Origin: Bacteroidia bacterium
GTDB lineage: Bacteria > Bacteroidota > Bacteroidia > M30B66
Direction of reading: 5' to 3'
DNA: 64,000 nt
Assembly: GCA_965279035.1 (NCBI GenBank)
Contig: OZ257142.1
Span: 96,001-160,000 of the forward strand
Below the pieces are notes generated by a model that had not been told where the DNA came from, made no database searches, and saw nothing but the letters and a program-made list of their open reading frames with translations. The position numbers and the translations under genes are program-made. Positions 1-9,420 of this stretch are shown one piece after another (within the stretch, counting starts at the first letter, position 1; each line of letters begins with the position of its first letter).

Positions 1-138
1 TTTAAAAAATCAGCGCCGCAAAATTAGAAAAGCCCTATAGAATGACAAGGTTTTCAAGGGACATAAAATCAGCTTATCTTGGTGAACATTTAGGCGAAAG
101 TTGAATATGAAAAGCGCATTTTCCTAATACCAATTAAA

Positions 139-1923
139 ATGAAACAGCTGCTGGTTCTTTTCTTCATTCTACCAACATTCCTATATTCACAGAGTGATGC
201 AATCATTCTAAGTCAAGAAGGAAGGATTCACGAGCAAAGAAGGGCAACATTGGAAGATTTAGTTCGACAGTCAGATTATATCGCGCTCGTTCAGCTTCCC
301 AATCAATCGGCCGATTCCTTGCCCGTTTCATTTGATGATTTAGGAACAGGGGTTTACATTATCAGTTTCAAGCCAATTCAGGTATTTAAGCAAACGTTTC
401 CATTATACAACGAGCATTACGTATTTGAGCATTCTACCAATGAAAAACTTGGAACGGATCTGTATCGACAAGGTGAACGCTGCTATGTGTTTTTGAATAA
501 CAATGAACCTAAAACCATAGGCGATGCTCCCGATTTGCGCTTACTTCAAAACCAAAGTGGTATTCCTAGTTTGTTGTTAGGTGGATTAATTGCTGAAAAA
601 GACATCAACGAAAAAGAGCTGAGGCGTTTGTGCGAACCTTCTAAGTTTGTGAAAGCAGCACTAAGAGGCGATACCATTGCGATGAAGCGAATGGCACGAA
701 AGCATGTGGATTATTTAAATCAGTTTGACGAGCGCTCTCCTGTGCAATCATTCTATGGTTTCCCCAGGTGGATCATGGGAATGAGGGGAATGGATGGTGT
801 GATGTTGGACAGTTGTTCTGCACACATTGCTATTTGGCCTGGCTGGAGTGATTATTATTATTGGGTGAACACACCTGAAGGAAGAAAAGAGTATCTCCTA
901 GTCGTTCAACATGGGAAGGTTTTTCCAGTACCATTTAACTATCTCGGCCATGGATATTCGAATAAATGGGTAGTGAAAAATGTATATCGAACCGATAGCG
1001 CTCGGGAACATTTGTTTGAAATCTGTCGACTCGATCGCATGTATCGAAAACAGGATGTGTACAATAATTACATTCGTTTTTACACCGAAGAAGGAAGATT
1101 GAATTGGTCGGTGTACAATGGACCAGCACATTTGGATTCAGAAGGCGATCTAATGCGCGTAAAATTGAAATTGTATAACACAATTGATTCGGCGATGTAC
1201 CTGCGTTGGCCGGGAAAACAAAACTCTGGGAAGAAGGTGATTCAATTTGCCTTGCAACACCAAACCACACGAAAAATATATAGGGAGTTAAGTAATGAAG
1301 TAACTATTATTCATGACGAAACTTTAGGTCCAGAAGACCGATTGGTAATAGCTCAAGATACGCTCTCTGGATGGTTTAGCATGAACGATCCATTCTTAGA
1401 ACATACAGATGCATCAGCAGCACATCGGTTCGAAAAACTTCCGCCAGGTGCTTATAACTTAATGGTGAAATATGATCCTTATCCAGAAGCCGTTGCAGAT
1501 ACTTTGAGCTGGAATCCTTTCTGTGACAGCATTAGCTCAGCAGCCGGATATCCTTTTTGGATTTATGCTGATACCGTTTCTAGAAAATTCACCATTGAAG
1601 CAGAAGTTGTTCAACGCTCGGAGCCATTTGTAAATGCATATGGCCAACATGGTTATACTAGCGGAGTCGTGAAGGTGCTCAATACCAATTATTCCAGAGG
1701 ACCGGCTATTGGTTCACTCATCGCTTGGAAATTACTGGTGAATGTGGATTATGGTTGGACATCGCATTCTCATCCACCTACCACAGTGGACATATTGAGT
1801 ATTGGAAGTAAAGTAGAAATCGACTTAATAGATTCCAATGCTGGAGGAACCATTAAAACAGCATCAGGCACATATCGATTGTATGGAACTCCTGAAGTGT
1901 ATGACTCTATAAGGATCAAGTAA
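139..1923 (+). CDS. Hypothetical exported protein (594 aa)
   Basis: Long ORF with Sec signal peptide MKQLLVLFFILPTFLYS|Q (Gln at the mature N-terminus, typical of Bacteroidota); no family recognised. Confidence 0.75.
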   Translation: MKQLLVLFFILPTFLYSQSDAIILSQEGRIHEQRRATLEDLVRQSDYIALVQLPNQSADSLPVSFDDLGTGVYIISFKPIQVFKQTFPLYNEHYVFEHSTNEKLGTDLYRQGERCYVFLNNNEPKTIGDAPDLRLLQNQSGIPSLLLGGLIAEKDINEKELRRLCEPSKFVKAALRGDTIAMKRMARKHVDYLNQFDERSPVQSFYGFPRWIMGMRGMDGVMLDSCSAHIAIWPGWSDYYYWVNTPEGRKEYLLVVQHGKVFPVPFNYLGHGYSNKWVVKNVYRTDSAREHLFEICRLDRMYRKQDVYNNYIRFYTEEGRLNWSVYNGPAHLDSEGDLMRVKLKLYNTIDSAMYLRWPGKQNSGKKVIQFALQHQTTRKIYRELSNEVTIIHDETLGPEDRLVIAQDTLSGWFSMNDPFLEHTDASAAHRFEKLPPGAYNLMVKYDPYPEAVADTLSWNPFCDSISSAAGYPFWIYADTVSRKFTIEAEVVQRSEPFVNAYGQHGYTSGVVKVLNTNYSRGPAIGSLIAWKLLVNVDYGWTSHSHPPTTVDILSIGSKVEIDLIDSNAGGTIKTASGTYRLYGTPEVYDSIRIK

Positions 1924-1948
1924 CCCCGGACTTCAGTCCGGGGATTTT
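1920..1948. terminator. GC-rich perfect hairpin between convergent genes (bidirectional terminator, REP-like)
   Basis: CCCCGGACT-TC-AGTCCGGGG at 1924-1943, preceded by GTAA and followed by ATTTT. Confidence 0.6.
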
Positions 1949-1951
1949 AAA

Positions 1952-3047
1952 TCAATCATGCTTAGCACCAAATTCCATCAAATAAGCTTTGATGAAGGTG
2001 TTCAAATCACCATCCATTACGCCCTGAACATCGGAGGTTTCTTTGTCGGTACGTAAGTCTTTCACAAGTTTATATGGATGGAAAACATAGTTCCGAATTT
2101 GAGAGCCCCACTCGATTTTCTTCTTCGAACCTTCAATCGCATCGGTACTTTCCTGGCGTTTGCGCAATTCCATTTCGTAGAGCTGCGATTTAAGGAGTTG
2201 TAATGCCTTGTCTTTATTCTGAAGCTGCGAACGGCTTTCCTGGTTTTTGATGATGATTCCAGTCGGTTTGTGCGTTAAACGAACAGCGGTTTCAACCTTA
2301 TTTACGTTCTGTCCACCTGCCCCACCTGCACGGAAAGTATCCCATTCGATATCGCCCATGTTGATTTGGATATCGATAGTGTCATCTATCAACGGATAGG
2401 CGTATACAGAGCAAAATGAGGTATGACGACGCGCATTTGAATCGAAGGGAGAAATCCGAACGAGACGATGCACGCCACTTTCTCCTTTTAGGTATCCAAA
2501 CGCAAATTCGCCATCTATTTGGATGGTAGCAGACTTGATTCCTGCCACATCGCCTTCTTGCATGTCGACTTCGCTCACTTTGAATTTATTCTTCTCAGCC
2601 CACATACGATACATACGTAGGAGCATAGAAGCCCAGTCGCAACTTTCTGTTCCACCTGCACCTGAGTTAATGGTGAGGATGCAGCTAAGATTGTCTTCTT
2701 TACCCGAAAGCATGTTTTTGAACTCTAAGTCTTCCAGATCTTCTACAATCAAGGCATACTGTTCGTCGAGTTCGGCTTCAGTGGCACCGCCTTCTTTGTA
2801 GAAGTCCATGAGCACTTTCAAATCCTCTATTCCAGCACCGATTTTTTTCCAGCCATCGGTCCAGACTTTCTTATCGCGAATGGCTTTCAGTTTCTTTTCA
2901 GCAACTGATGGGTCGTCCCAGAAATTGGGAGCGGTAGTTTCGCGTTCTTCAAATTCTAATTCAGAGAGCTTACGATCGACGTCAAAGATGCCTCCTTAGC
3001 GCATCCAGGCGATCATCCAGCGAGGTAATTTGTTCTTGTTGGATCAT
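1952..3047 (-). CDS. prfB: Peptide chain release factor 2, with programmed +1 frameshift
   Basis: ATG at 3047 gives [21 protein letters not shown], then CTT-TGA-C; the +1 frame (GAC at 2983) continues into the ORF carrying the SPF and GGQ motifs. Confidence 0.97.
2981..2996 (-). promoter_or_regulatory. prfB programmed frameshift site (internal SD plus slippery CTT TGA C)
   Basis: Minus strand reads AGGAGG CAT CTT TGA C, the canonical RF2 autoregulatory signal. Confidence 0.95.
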
Positions 3048-3055
3048 AATGGCGG

Positions 3056-3063
3056 CAAAGATA
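3056..3063 (-). promoter_or_regulatory. Bacteroidota -7 promoter box for prfB
   Basis: TATCTTTG (TAnnTTTG) on the minus strand, 8 nt before the ATG. Confidence 0.65.
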
Positions 3064-3104
3064 ATCGTTCAGAGTTAGGAATTGTGGCAATAGAATGGAA
3101 TGAA

Positions 3105-3986
3105 CTACAATTCTACAAGGTGTTTGATTTTCTCAATAACAGAATTTGCAAATGAGGGCATACTTGAAAAAGCAAACCACTTCTTTCCTAAATCCTTAAG
3201 TGATGCACCAATGTGATACAACTCAATTTGATCGATTAGTATAAACCGATCATGTGCATCTAGAAAACAATGTGCTTCAATTGTTGGATATTGAGCATTG
3301 TATTTTTGAATATCCAGTTCAAATGCAGGTGATATTTTTTTCATTAACAATTGAACTTTCACTCCTTCTTTTCTTTTAGTGAGTAGTTTAAGTACGCTTT
3401 CATCCATGTAATTGTCTATGATGATTATTGACAAATTGGCTCGCTTAATTATCTCACAAACAAAAACATAAGCATCGAATAATTGACCTTCATAAAAGAT
3501 CCCTTTAGAAGGTTTAAGATTTCCAGATTCAAGCGCTTCAAATAATTGATCGAATTTATTGTCTGAAACAATTTGCTTTCGTTCAAGTGCATCAAGGCGC
3601 TGAATCAAACCCATGTTTGAAGTAATCAATTGCCTCAACTGTACAAATGTTTCCATAATTTGAATGCTTACATGAACCGCTATTTCGCTTTTAAGAATTG
3701 CTGAAACCATAGCAACTCCTTGTTCTGTAAATGCAAAAGGCAAAACAGATGAATGCTTCAGATTTTCAAACCGGTCACATTTTGTGACCAGTTCAAGCAC
3801 CTCATTATTAGTGAGTTGAAATCGGAAAGTCGAAGGGAAGCGATTGAGATTTCGTTTAACTGCTTGATTAAGAACTTTGGTTTCTACACCATAAAGAGTG
3901 GCTAGGTCACGATCAACTATAACCTGAATCCCACGAATGGTAAATATTCGATATTGAATATCCTGTTGACTAATGCTAATTTCCAT
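3105..3986 (-). CDS. ORF6N/KilA-N-like DNA-binding protein with a C-terminal PLD-like (HDRF) domain
   Basis: IRGIQVIVDRDLATLYGVETKVLNQAVKRN...FAFTEQGVAM is the ORF6N signature; C-terminal IIIDNY and HDRFILID. Confidence 0.85.
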   Translation of the reverse strand: MEISISQQDIQYRIFTIRGIQVIVDRDLATLYGVETKVLNQAVKRNLNRFPSTFRFQLTNNEVLELVTKCDRFENLKHSSVLPFAFTEQGVAMVSAILKSEIAVHVSIQIMETFVQLRQLITSNMGLIQRLDALERKQIVSDNKFDQLFEALESGNLKPSKGIFYEGQLFDAYVFVCEIIKRANLSIIIIDNYMDESVLKLLTKRKEGVKVQLLMKKISPAFELDIQKYNAQYPTIEAHCFLDAHDRFILIDQIELYHIGASLKDLGKKWFAFSSMPSFANSVIEKIKHLVEL

Positions 3987-4043
3987 AATAACATAATGAT
4001 AAAGTTTAAACTAGATAATGGATAAAATTAATGGAATCAATCT

Positions 4044-4082
4044 AAAAAACAAAAACCCGCTCAAGCAATGCAGGAGCGGGTT
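4044..4082 (-). terminator. Rho-independent terminator of lepA
   Basis: AACCCGCTC...GAGCGGGTT stem followed by T-runs on the minus strand, just downstream of the lepA stop. Confidence 0.8.
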
Positions 4083-4104
4083 CTCAAGAATATGTATTAT
4101 GCTA

Positions 4105-5892
4105 TTAATCCAGTTTTAGCACCGCCATAAATGCCGATTGTGGCACCTCAACAGAGCCTACTTGGCGCATACGTTTCTTACCTTCTTTTTGCTTTTCGAG
4201 GAGCTTACGTTTACGAGAAATATCACCACCATAACACTTCGCGGTTACGTCTTTACGCATAGCTTTTACTGTTTCGCGGGCAATAACTTTCGCTCCTATA
4301 GATGCCTGAATGGCAATTTCGAATTGTTGTTTCGGGATGAGTTCTTTCAACTTCTCGCAAATCTTCTTCCCGAAATCATAGGCATTGTCGCGGTGAATAA
4401 GCGATGACAAAGCATCCACAGGCTCACCATTCAACATCAAATCGAGTTTAATCAATTTCGATTCTCGGTAATCGATTGGATGATAATCGAACGAAGCGTA
4501 ACCTCGAGAAAGCGATTTTAGTTTGTCGTAGAAATCAAATACGATTTCTCCCATTGGCATTTCGAAAACCAACTCTACTCGGTCTGTAGTGAGGTAATTT
4601 TGGTTGACCAACATGCCTCGTTTTTGAATACACAAAGTCATGATTGCCCCTGTGTATTCCGATTTTGTAATCACCTGAGCACGAATGTACGGCTCTTCGA
4701 TTCGGTCGAGTTTGCTTGGGTCGGGAAGGTCGGTTGGGTTGTTTACCACCAATTCTTCTCCGTTGGTTTTATATGCCTTGTACGATACGTTTGGAACCGT
4801 CGTAATAACGGTCATGTTAAACTCACGTTCGAGGCGTTCTTGGATAATCTCCATGTGAAGCATACCAAGGAAACCGCAACGAAATCCAAATCCTAATGCT
4901 GCAGATGATTCTGGTTCAAATGTGAGCGAAGCATCGTTGAGCTGCAGCTTCTCCATCGAATAGCGCAACTCTTCGTAATCTTCCGTATCGACAGGGAAAA
5001 TACCCGCAAATACCATGGGTTTCACATCTTCGAACCCTTTGATTTGCTCAGCACATGGACGATCAACATGCGTAATTGTATCGCCCACTTTTACTTCACG
5101 CGCTTCTTTGATTCCAGAAATGAGGTAACCTACATCGCCCGCTTTTACTTCATTGCGCGGTTCGGGCTTTAAACGGAGCAAGCCAATTTCATCGGCAAAA
5201 TACTCGCTGCCAGTTGACATGAACTTTACTTTATCCCCTTTTTTAATCGAACCATTAATCACGCGGAAGTATGCGTAAATACCACGAAACGAATTAAAAA
5301 CCGAATCAAAAATTAGTGCTTGTAATGGTCCATCGGGATCGCCTTTAGGAGCAGGAACGCGGTCAACAATTGCTTTTAGAATATCATGAACACCCATTCC
5401 AGTTTTACCAGAAGCAGCTAAAATATCTTCCCGTTTACAACCTATAAGCTCCACAATTTGGTCTTTCACTTCTTCGGGCATTGCACCGGGAAGGTCCATT
5501 TTATTCAACACGGGAATAATTTCCAAATCGTGCTCCAGTGCTAAATACAGATTACTAATGGTTTGGGCTTGAATACCTTGAGCAGCATCAACAATAAGCA
5601 AAGCTCCTTCACAAGCTGCAATAGAACGCGAAACTTCGTAAGAGAAATCGACGTGTCCTGGAGTGTCAATTAAGTTTAAAATGTACTTCTCCCCATTAAG
5701 TTCATACTCCATTTTAATGGCTTTACTCTTAATGGTGATTCCACGCTCACGCTCCAAATCCATATCATCGAGCACTTGTGCTTGAGATTCGCGCTTGGTA
5801 ATGGTATTGGTATATTCGAGCAGACGATCGGCCAGGGTTGATTTTCCGTGGTCGATGTGAGCGATAATGCAAAAGTTACGGATGTTTTTCAT
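4105..5892 (-). CDS. lepA: Translation elongation factor 4 (LepA)
   Basis: [33 protein letters not shown] and C-terminal [25 protein letters not shown]; start moved to ATG 5892. Confidence 0.98.
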   Translation of the reverse strand: MKNIRNFCIIAHIDHGKSTLADRLLEYTNTITKRESQAQVLDDMDLERERGITIKSKAIKMEYELNGEKYILNLIDTPGHVDFSYEVSRSIAACEGALLIVDAAQGIQAQTISNLYLALEHDLEIIPVLNKMDLPGAMPEEVKDQIVELIGCKREDILAASGKTGMGVHDILKAIVDRVPAPKGDPDGPLQALIFDSVFNSFRGIYAYFRVINGSIKKGDKVKFMSTGSEYFADEIGLLRLKPEPRNEVKAGDVGYLISGIKEAREVKVGDTITHVDRPCAEQIKGFEDVKPMVFAGIFPVDTEDYEELRYSMEKLQLNDASLTFEPESSAALGFGFRCGFLGMLHMEIIQERLEREFNMTVITTVPNVSYKAYKTNGEELVVNNPTDLPDPSKLDRIEEPYIRAQVITKSEYTGAIMTLCIQKRGMLVNQNYLTTDRVELVFEMPMGEIVFDFYDKLKSLSRGYASFDYHPIDYRESKLIKLDLMLNGEPVDALSSLIHRDNAYDFGKKICEKLKELIPKQQFEIAIQASIGAKVIARETVKAMRKDVTAKCYGGDISRKRKLLEKQKEGKKRMRQVGSVEVPQSAFMAVLKLD

Positions 5893-5899
5893 CGGGGCG

Positions 5900-5907
5900 C
5901 AAAGATA
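5900..5907 (-). promoter_or_regulatory. -7 promoter box for lepA
   Basis: TATCTTTG on the minus strand, 7 nt before the ATG. Confidence 0.65.
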
Positions 5908-6085
5908 GACAAAACCAAAGTCGAAATAAGCAATCCCCAATAGCCCGTTAAATGAGCCTTACCCTTGCTTTCTTTCTCATTGTTCAGCGGCAACCAATTG
6001 TGTAACAACTTACTTGCGTTGGGATTTTTGTTGCTAATTCAATGGATTGATAACCGTCGGATTCATTAATGTACTTTTGAAACAA

Positions 6086-7282
6086 TTGAAAAACACATTT
6101 TCACAATCCTATTCATTTGTGACGCTATTTCGTTTGTTACTAGTTGCCTATTTATGGCTTGCTTGTTTTAAGGACTCCTATGCACAAACAGGAAACGGAG
6201 CTCTTTATGGACTCAAGCGCGTTGGAAGTGAATTTTATTTAGCTACTTTAAATCTAACTTCTGGAACAGGCGATGTGATTTCAACTACACCGCTAGCTTC
6301 GACAGTATCCAATGCCTGGGGTACGGTTAATACGGCACGTAATTCTTACTTTTTTTCATCGTCTGGTCAACTTCTCGAAATCGACTTAACGACCGGATCC
6401 ATTCAAAACACCTATCCAGATGGAGACCTCCATTACTTGAAATATAATTGCAATGACAGCACATTATACGGGCTCAAAATAATTGGCAACAAATGGTATT
6501 TAGCACGAATAAATCAAGCAACAGGAATTGTCGAAACCCTATCTAACAGCGCGGTTGCTTCCATTGTGAACAATGCTTGGGGAACGATTCACCCCATTCG
6601 GAATTCGTACTTTTTCTCTTCAGGTGGAAACGTTCTTGAAATTGACCTTGTGTCAGGCGCCATGGTTCATGCTTATCCTGAAGGAGACCTGAATTTTTTG
6701 GATTACAATTGTAGCGATAGCACGCTTTATGGGTTAAAGAGAATAGACGGGCTTTGGTATTTTGCGAAACTCGATTTTGAAGCAGGCAACTCGCAAACGC
6801 TCTCCACTTCTTCAGTGGCTTCAATTGTTGCTAATTTATGGGGAACGGTAAATCAATCGACCAACTCGTATTTTTTCGCCACTATGGGTCAAATTGTTGA
6901 AGTGGATATTAGTTCAGGAAACGTGGTAAACACCTATGCTGAGGGTGATTTTAATTTCCTCGATTATAATTACTGTTGTAGTGTTACCAAAGAAACACCA
7001 ATTACCGATTCTTTGGTTGTTCCAAATGCATTTTCACCAAACAAAGACGAGAAAAATGACTTCTTTCAACTTCAGACGAATCTTGCTCCTTCTTAATTTG
7101 AAATACGCATTCTAAACCGTTGGGGACTGGAAGTGTATAGGTCATCGTCTATTGCATTTATGTGGGACGGAAAAAACAAAGGATTGGATTGCACCGATGG
7201 CACTTATTACTATATACTCCAGTATAAAGACAAAGCGGGAGATTTGAGTACCAAGACCGGATTTTTACAATTGTTGAGATAA
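6086..7282 (+). pseudogene. Secreted beta-propeller-like repeat protein whose T9SS type B (gliding motility-associated) C-terminal domain is interrupted by an in-frame TAA
   Basis: Signal peptide, three 87-aa repeats, VPNAFSPNKDEKNDFF, TAA at 7094-7096, then the same frame continues FEIRILNRWGLEVY...WDGK...DGTYYY...GFLQLLR to TAA 7280-7282. Start uncertain (TTG 6086 or GTG 6119, both downstream of TACTTTTG at 6072). Confidence 0.75.
6203..6985 (+). repeat. Three tandem 261-bp (87-aa) degenerate coding repeats
   Basis: LYGLK codons start at 6203, 6464 and 6725; each unit has WGT, NSYFF, EID/EVD, GD and YN(C/Y). Confidence 0.9.
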
Positions 7283-7318
7283 ATTCAATAGCAGAGGCTG
7301 TTTACTTGGAACATTAAC

Positions 7319-7654
7319 CTAATACAACACGGCCTTTTTCGCATTACTCTTCCAGCCTGCCTGACTTTCATATTCGACAAAGAAGACTTTCAAATCGGCT
7401 TGGCTTTCGTAATTGACAAAGAAGATCTTTTTCTTCGCCTGACTTTCATACTGAGTGAAAAACCATTTGCCATTATTATCACCAGCTTGTGATTCGTACT
7501 TGACTTTATAAACCAGCAAATCGGCTTGTGATTCGTATTTCACTACAAATACCTTGACTTGCGCTTGTGATTCGTAAGCAACTGAAAACACTTTTTGAGC
7601 TTTGACATGTGGCTGAAAACACGCAAAGAGTATGAAAATTAGAAAGTAGCGCAT
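7319..7654 (-). CDS. DUF6150-like secreted YESQA-repeat protein
   Basis: Signal peptide MRYFLIFILFACFQPHVKA|Q; six YESQA motifs, mostly 13 aa apart; start moved to ATG 7654. Confidence 0.8.
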   Translation of the reverse strand: MRYFLIFILFACFQPHVKAQKVFSVAYESQAQVKVFVVKYESQADLLVYKVKYESQAGDNNGKWFFTQYESQAKKKIFFVNYESQADLKVFFVEYESQAGWKSNAKKAVLY

Positions 7655-7799
7655 GGATAAATTGAAAGAACGAATGTAAGTAGGAAATAGATACACTCAC
7701 TTATATTTGTATAGAATATATATAATTGACATACAGTGTAATATAGGGTTATTATGAAATTTTGCAATTAAATTGCAAATTTTCATATATATTTGTTGA

Positions 7800-8966
7800 A
7801 TGTTTAAAAGACAGCTAGTTACAAAGCTAAATCGATTGGCAATCCAATTCCCTGTTTTGGCCATTACTGGTTCTAGGCAGATAGGAAAAAGTACACTAGC
7901 TCGCATATATGCAGAAGCAGTTGGAAAAGAAATGGTGTTTTATGACTTAGAAAATCCTTCGGACCAATTTGCTCTTGAAAGCCAAACAACTTCTTTACTA
8001 GAAAGTCATTCGAAACAATTGGTGGTCATTGATGAGGTGCAACGATTGAAATCGCTTTTCCCTGTTATCCGGTATTTGGTGGATAAAGATCGCACTCCAC
8101 TTCGATTTTTATTGCTCGGATCAGCTTCACCTGAATTAATTCGAGATAGTTCGGAATCATTAGCTGGAAGAGTCGCATTTGCTGAGCTCAGTGGTTTATT
8201 GCCTGTTGAAGTTGGTATGAATAATTGGGACCGTTTATGGTTTCGAGGAGGATATCCATTGGCTTATTTGCAAGAGGATGATTTCTTGAGAAAAGATTGG
8301 TTAGAGAACTACATCAACACGTATGTCCAGCGAGATTTACCCATGTTGGGAATGCCAGCAGAACCGGGTGTAACGCTTCGATTGATGTTTATGTTGGCTC
8401 ATGTTAACGGACAAATACTCAACATGAGTAACATCGCTCGATCGTTAGGATTGAGTGTAAATACCGTAAAGACCTATTTGTACTTTCTCGAAAATGCGGG
8501 AATTATTCGACTATTGCAACCTTGGTTTGTTAATTCGGGAAAACGATTGGTGAAAAATCCTAAACTCTATTTTCGAGATAGTGGATTGTTGCACTATTTG
8601 TTGGGCATACGAACTCGACAAGATTTGAGTCGTCATCCGGGATGTGGTGCTTCGTTCGAAGGATTCATAATTGAAAAAACGATTTCGGATACACGTTTAA
8701 ATAACCAAGCTTATTTCTATGCTGAGCACAGTGGTGGAGAAATTGACTTGTTATTAGTGGATGGATTGGAGGTGAAACAAACTTTAGAAATAAAGCTGGG
8801 CGGACTTAGTAATTTGCGCAAGCCTGCACGTTTACTTCATAGTAGTTTTATTAGTGCTATGCATATATTGGTAAGTGGTTCGGCTGATAAAGATTTGACT
8901 TTAAATCACGAATTGCAACTCGTAACAGTAGTCAATTATTTTGATAAGATTCTAGCAGATACTTAA
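7800..8966 (+). CDS. AAA+ ATPase (AAA_14) with DUF4143 domain
   Basis: Walker A GSRQIGKS, Walker B VIDEVQ, LLGSAS, ESLAGR, KNPKLYFRDSG, C-terminal EIDL...EIK. Confidence 0.9.
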   Translation: MFKRQLVTKLNRLAIQFPVLAITGSRQIGKSTLARIYAEAVGKEMVFYDLENPSDQFALESQTTSLLESHSKQLVVIDEVQRLKSLFPVIRYLVDKDRTPLRFLLLGSASPELIRDSSESLAGRVAFAELSGLLPVEVGMNNWDRLWFRGGYPLAYLQEDDFLRKDWLENYINTYVQRDLPMLGMPAEPGVTLRLMFMLAHVNGQILNMSNIARSLGLSVNTVKTYLYFLENAGIIRLLQPWFVNSGKRLVKNPKLYFRDSGLLHYLLGIRTRQDLSRHPGCGASFEGFIIEKTISDTRLNNQAYFYAEHSGGEIDLLLVDGLEVKQTLEIKLGGLSNLRKPARLLHSSFISAMHILVSGSADKDLTLNHELQLVTVVNYFDKILADT

Positions 8967-8968
8967 TA

Positions 8969-9235
8969 TTAATTTTTCTTGCGTATATACTTGCCCTTAC
9001 GATGATAATAGGATTTTGATTGTTGCTGTCTTTTGAACGCGTTTTTATCGGTGCTTACTGATTTTCGAAAATGCCCCTTCCTAAATTTTCCTGATCGCGT
9101 AATACTTGGTTTTACATACGAAGATTTCCTAGTATGGATTGGTGATGTCTTCCCCATACTAGCTATGATTGCTCCTAGCCCTATACAGATCATTATTAAA
9201 TAAAAAATAAAGTTCCCAATTGCATTTTTTCTCAT
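8969..9235 (-). CDS. Small basic membrane-anchored hypothetical protein
   Basis: N-terminal hydrophobic helix and Lys/Arg-rich tail; ORF fills the gap to the convergent stop. Confidence 0.6.
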   Translation of the reverse strand: MRKNAIGNFIFYLIMICIGLGAIIASMGKTSPIHTRKSSYVKPSITRSGKFRKGHFRKSVSTDKNAFKRQQQSKSYYHRKGKYIRKKN

Positions 9236-9420
9236 AGAGCAGAAATGATAGTTATTGGGGTTTTTCTAATTCAAAACCTAAATCAAATGACGTGAAATCG
9301 GTACATTCGTCAACCCTAAAAATCAAAATTCAACCAATTTAACAATTTCATTTTATTCAATTCGTAACTGTCAATTATTTACGAAATCTGAATATTAAAT
9401 GGTTATTTTGAATTTAATTT

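Noticed and set aside
7094-7096. Selenocysteine/pyrrolysine recoding or an alternative genetic code
   Set aside because: The stop is TAA, and TAA ends many genuine genes in this window; Sec and Pyl use TGA and TAG
7319-7654. Possible CRISPR or minisatellite (recurring GATTCGTA/GACTTTCATA)
   Set aside because: Short degenerate in-frame coding repeats (YESQA), with no identical 25-45 bp repeats and spacers
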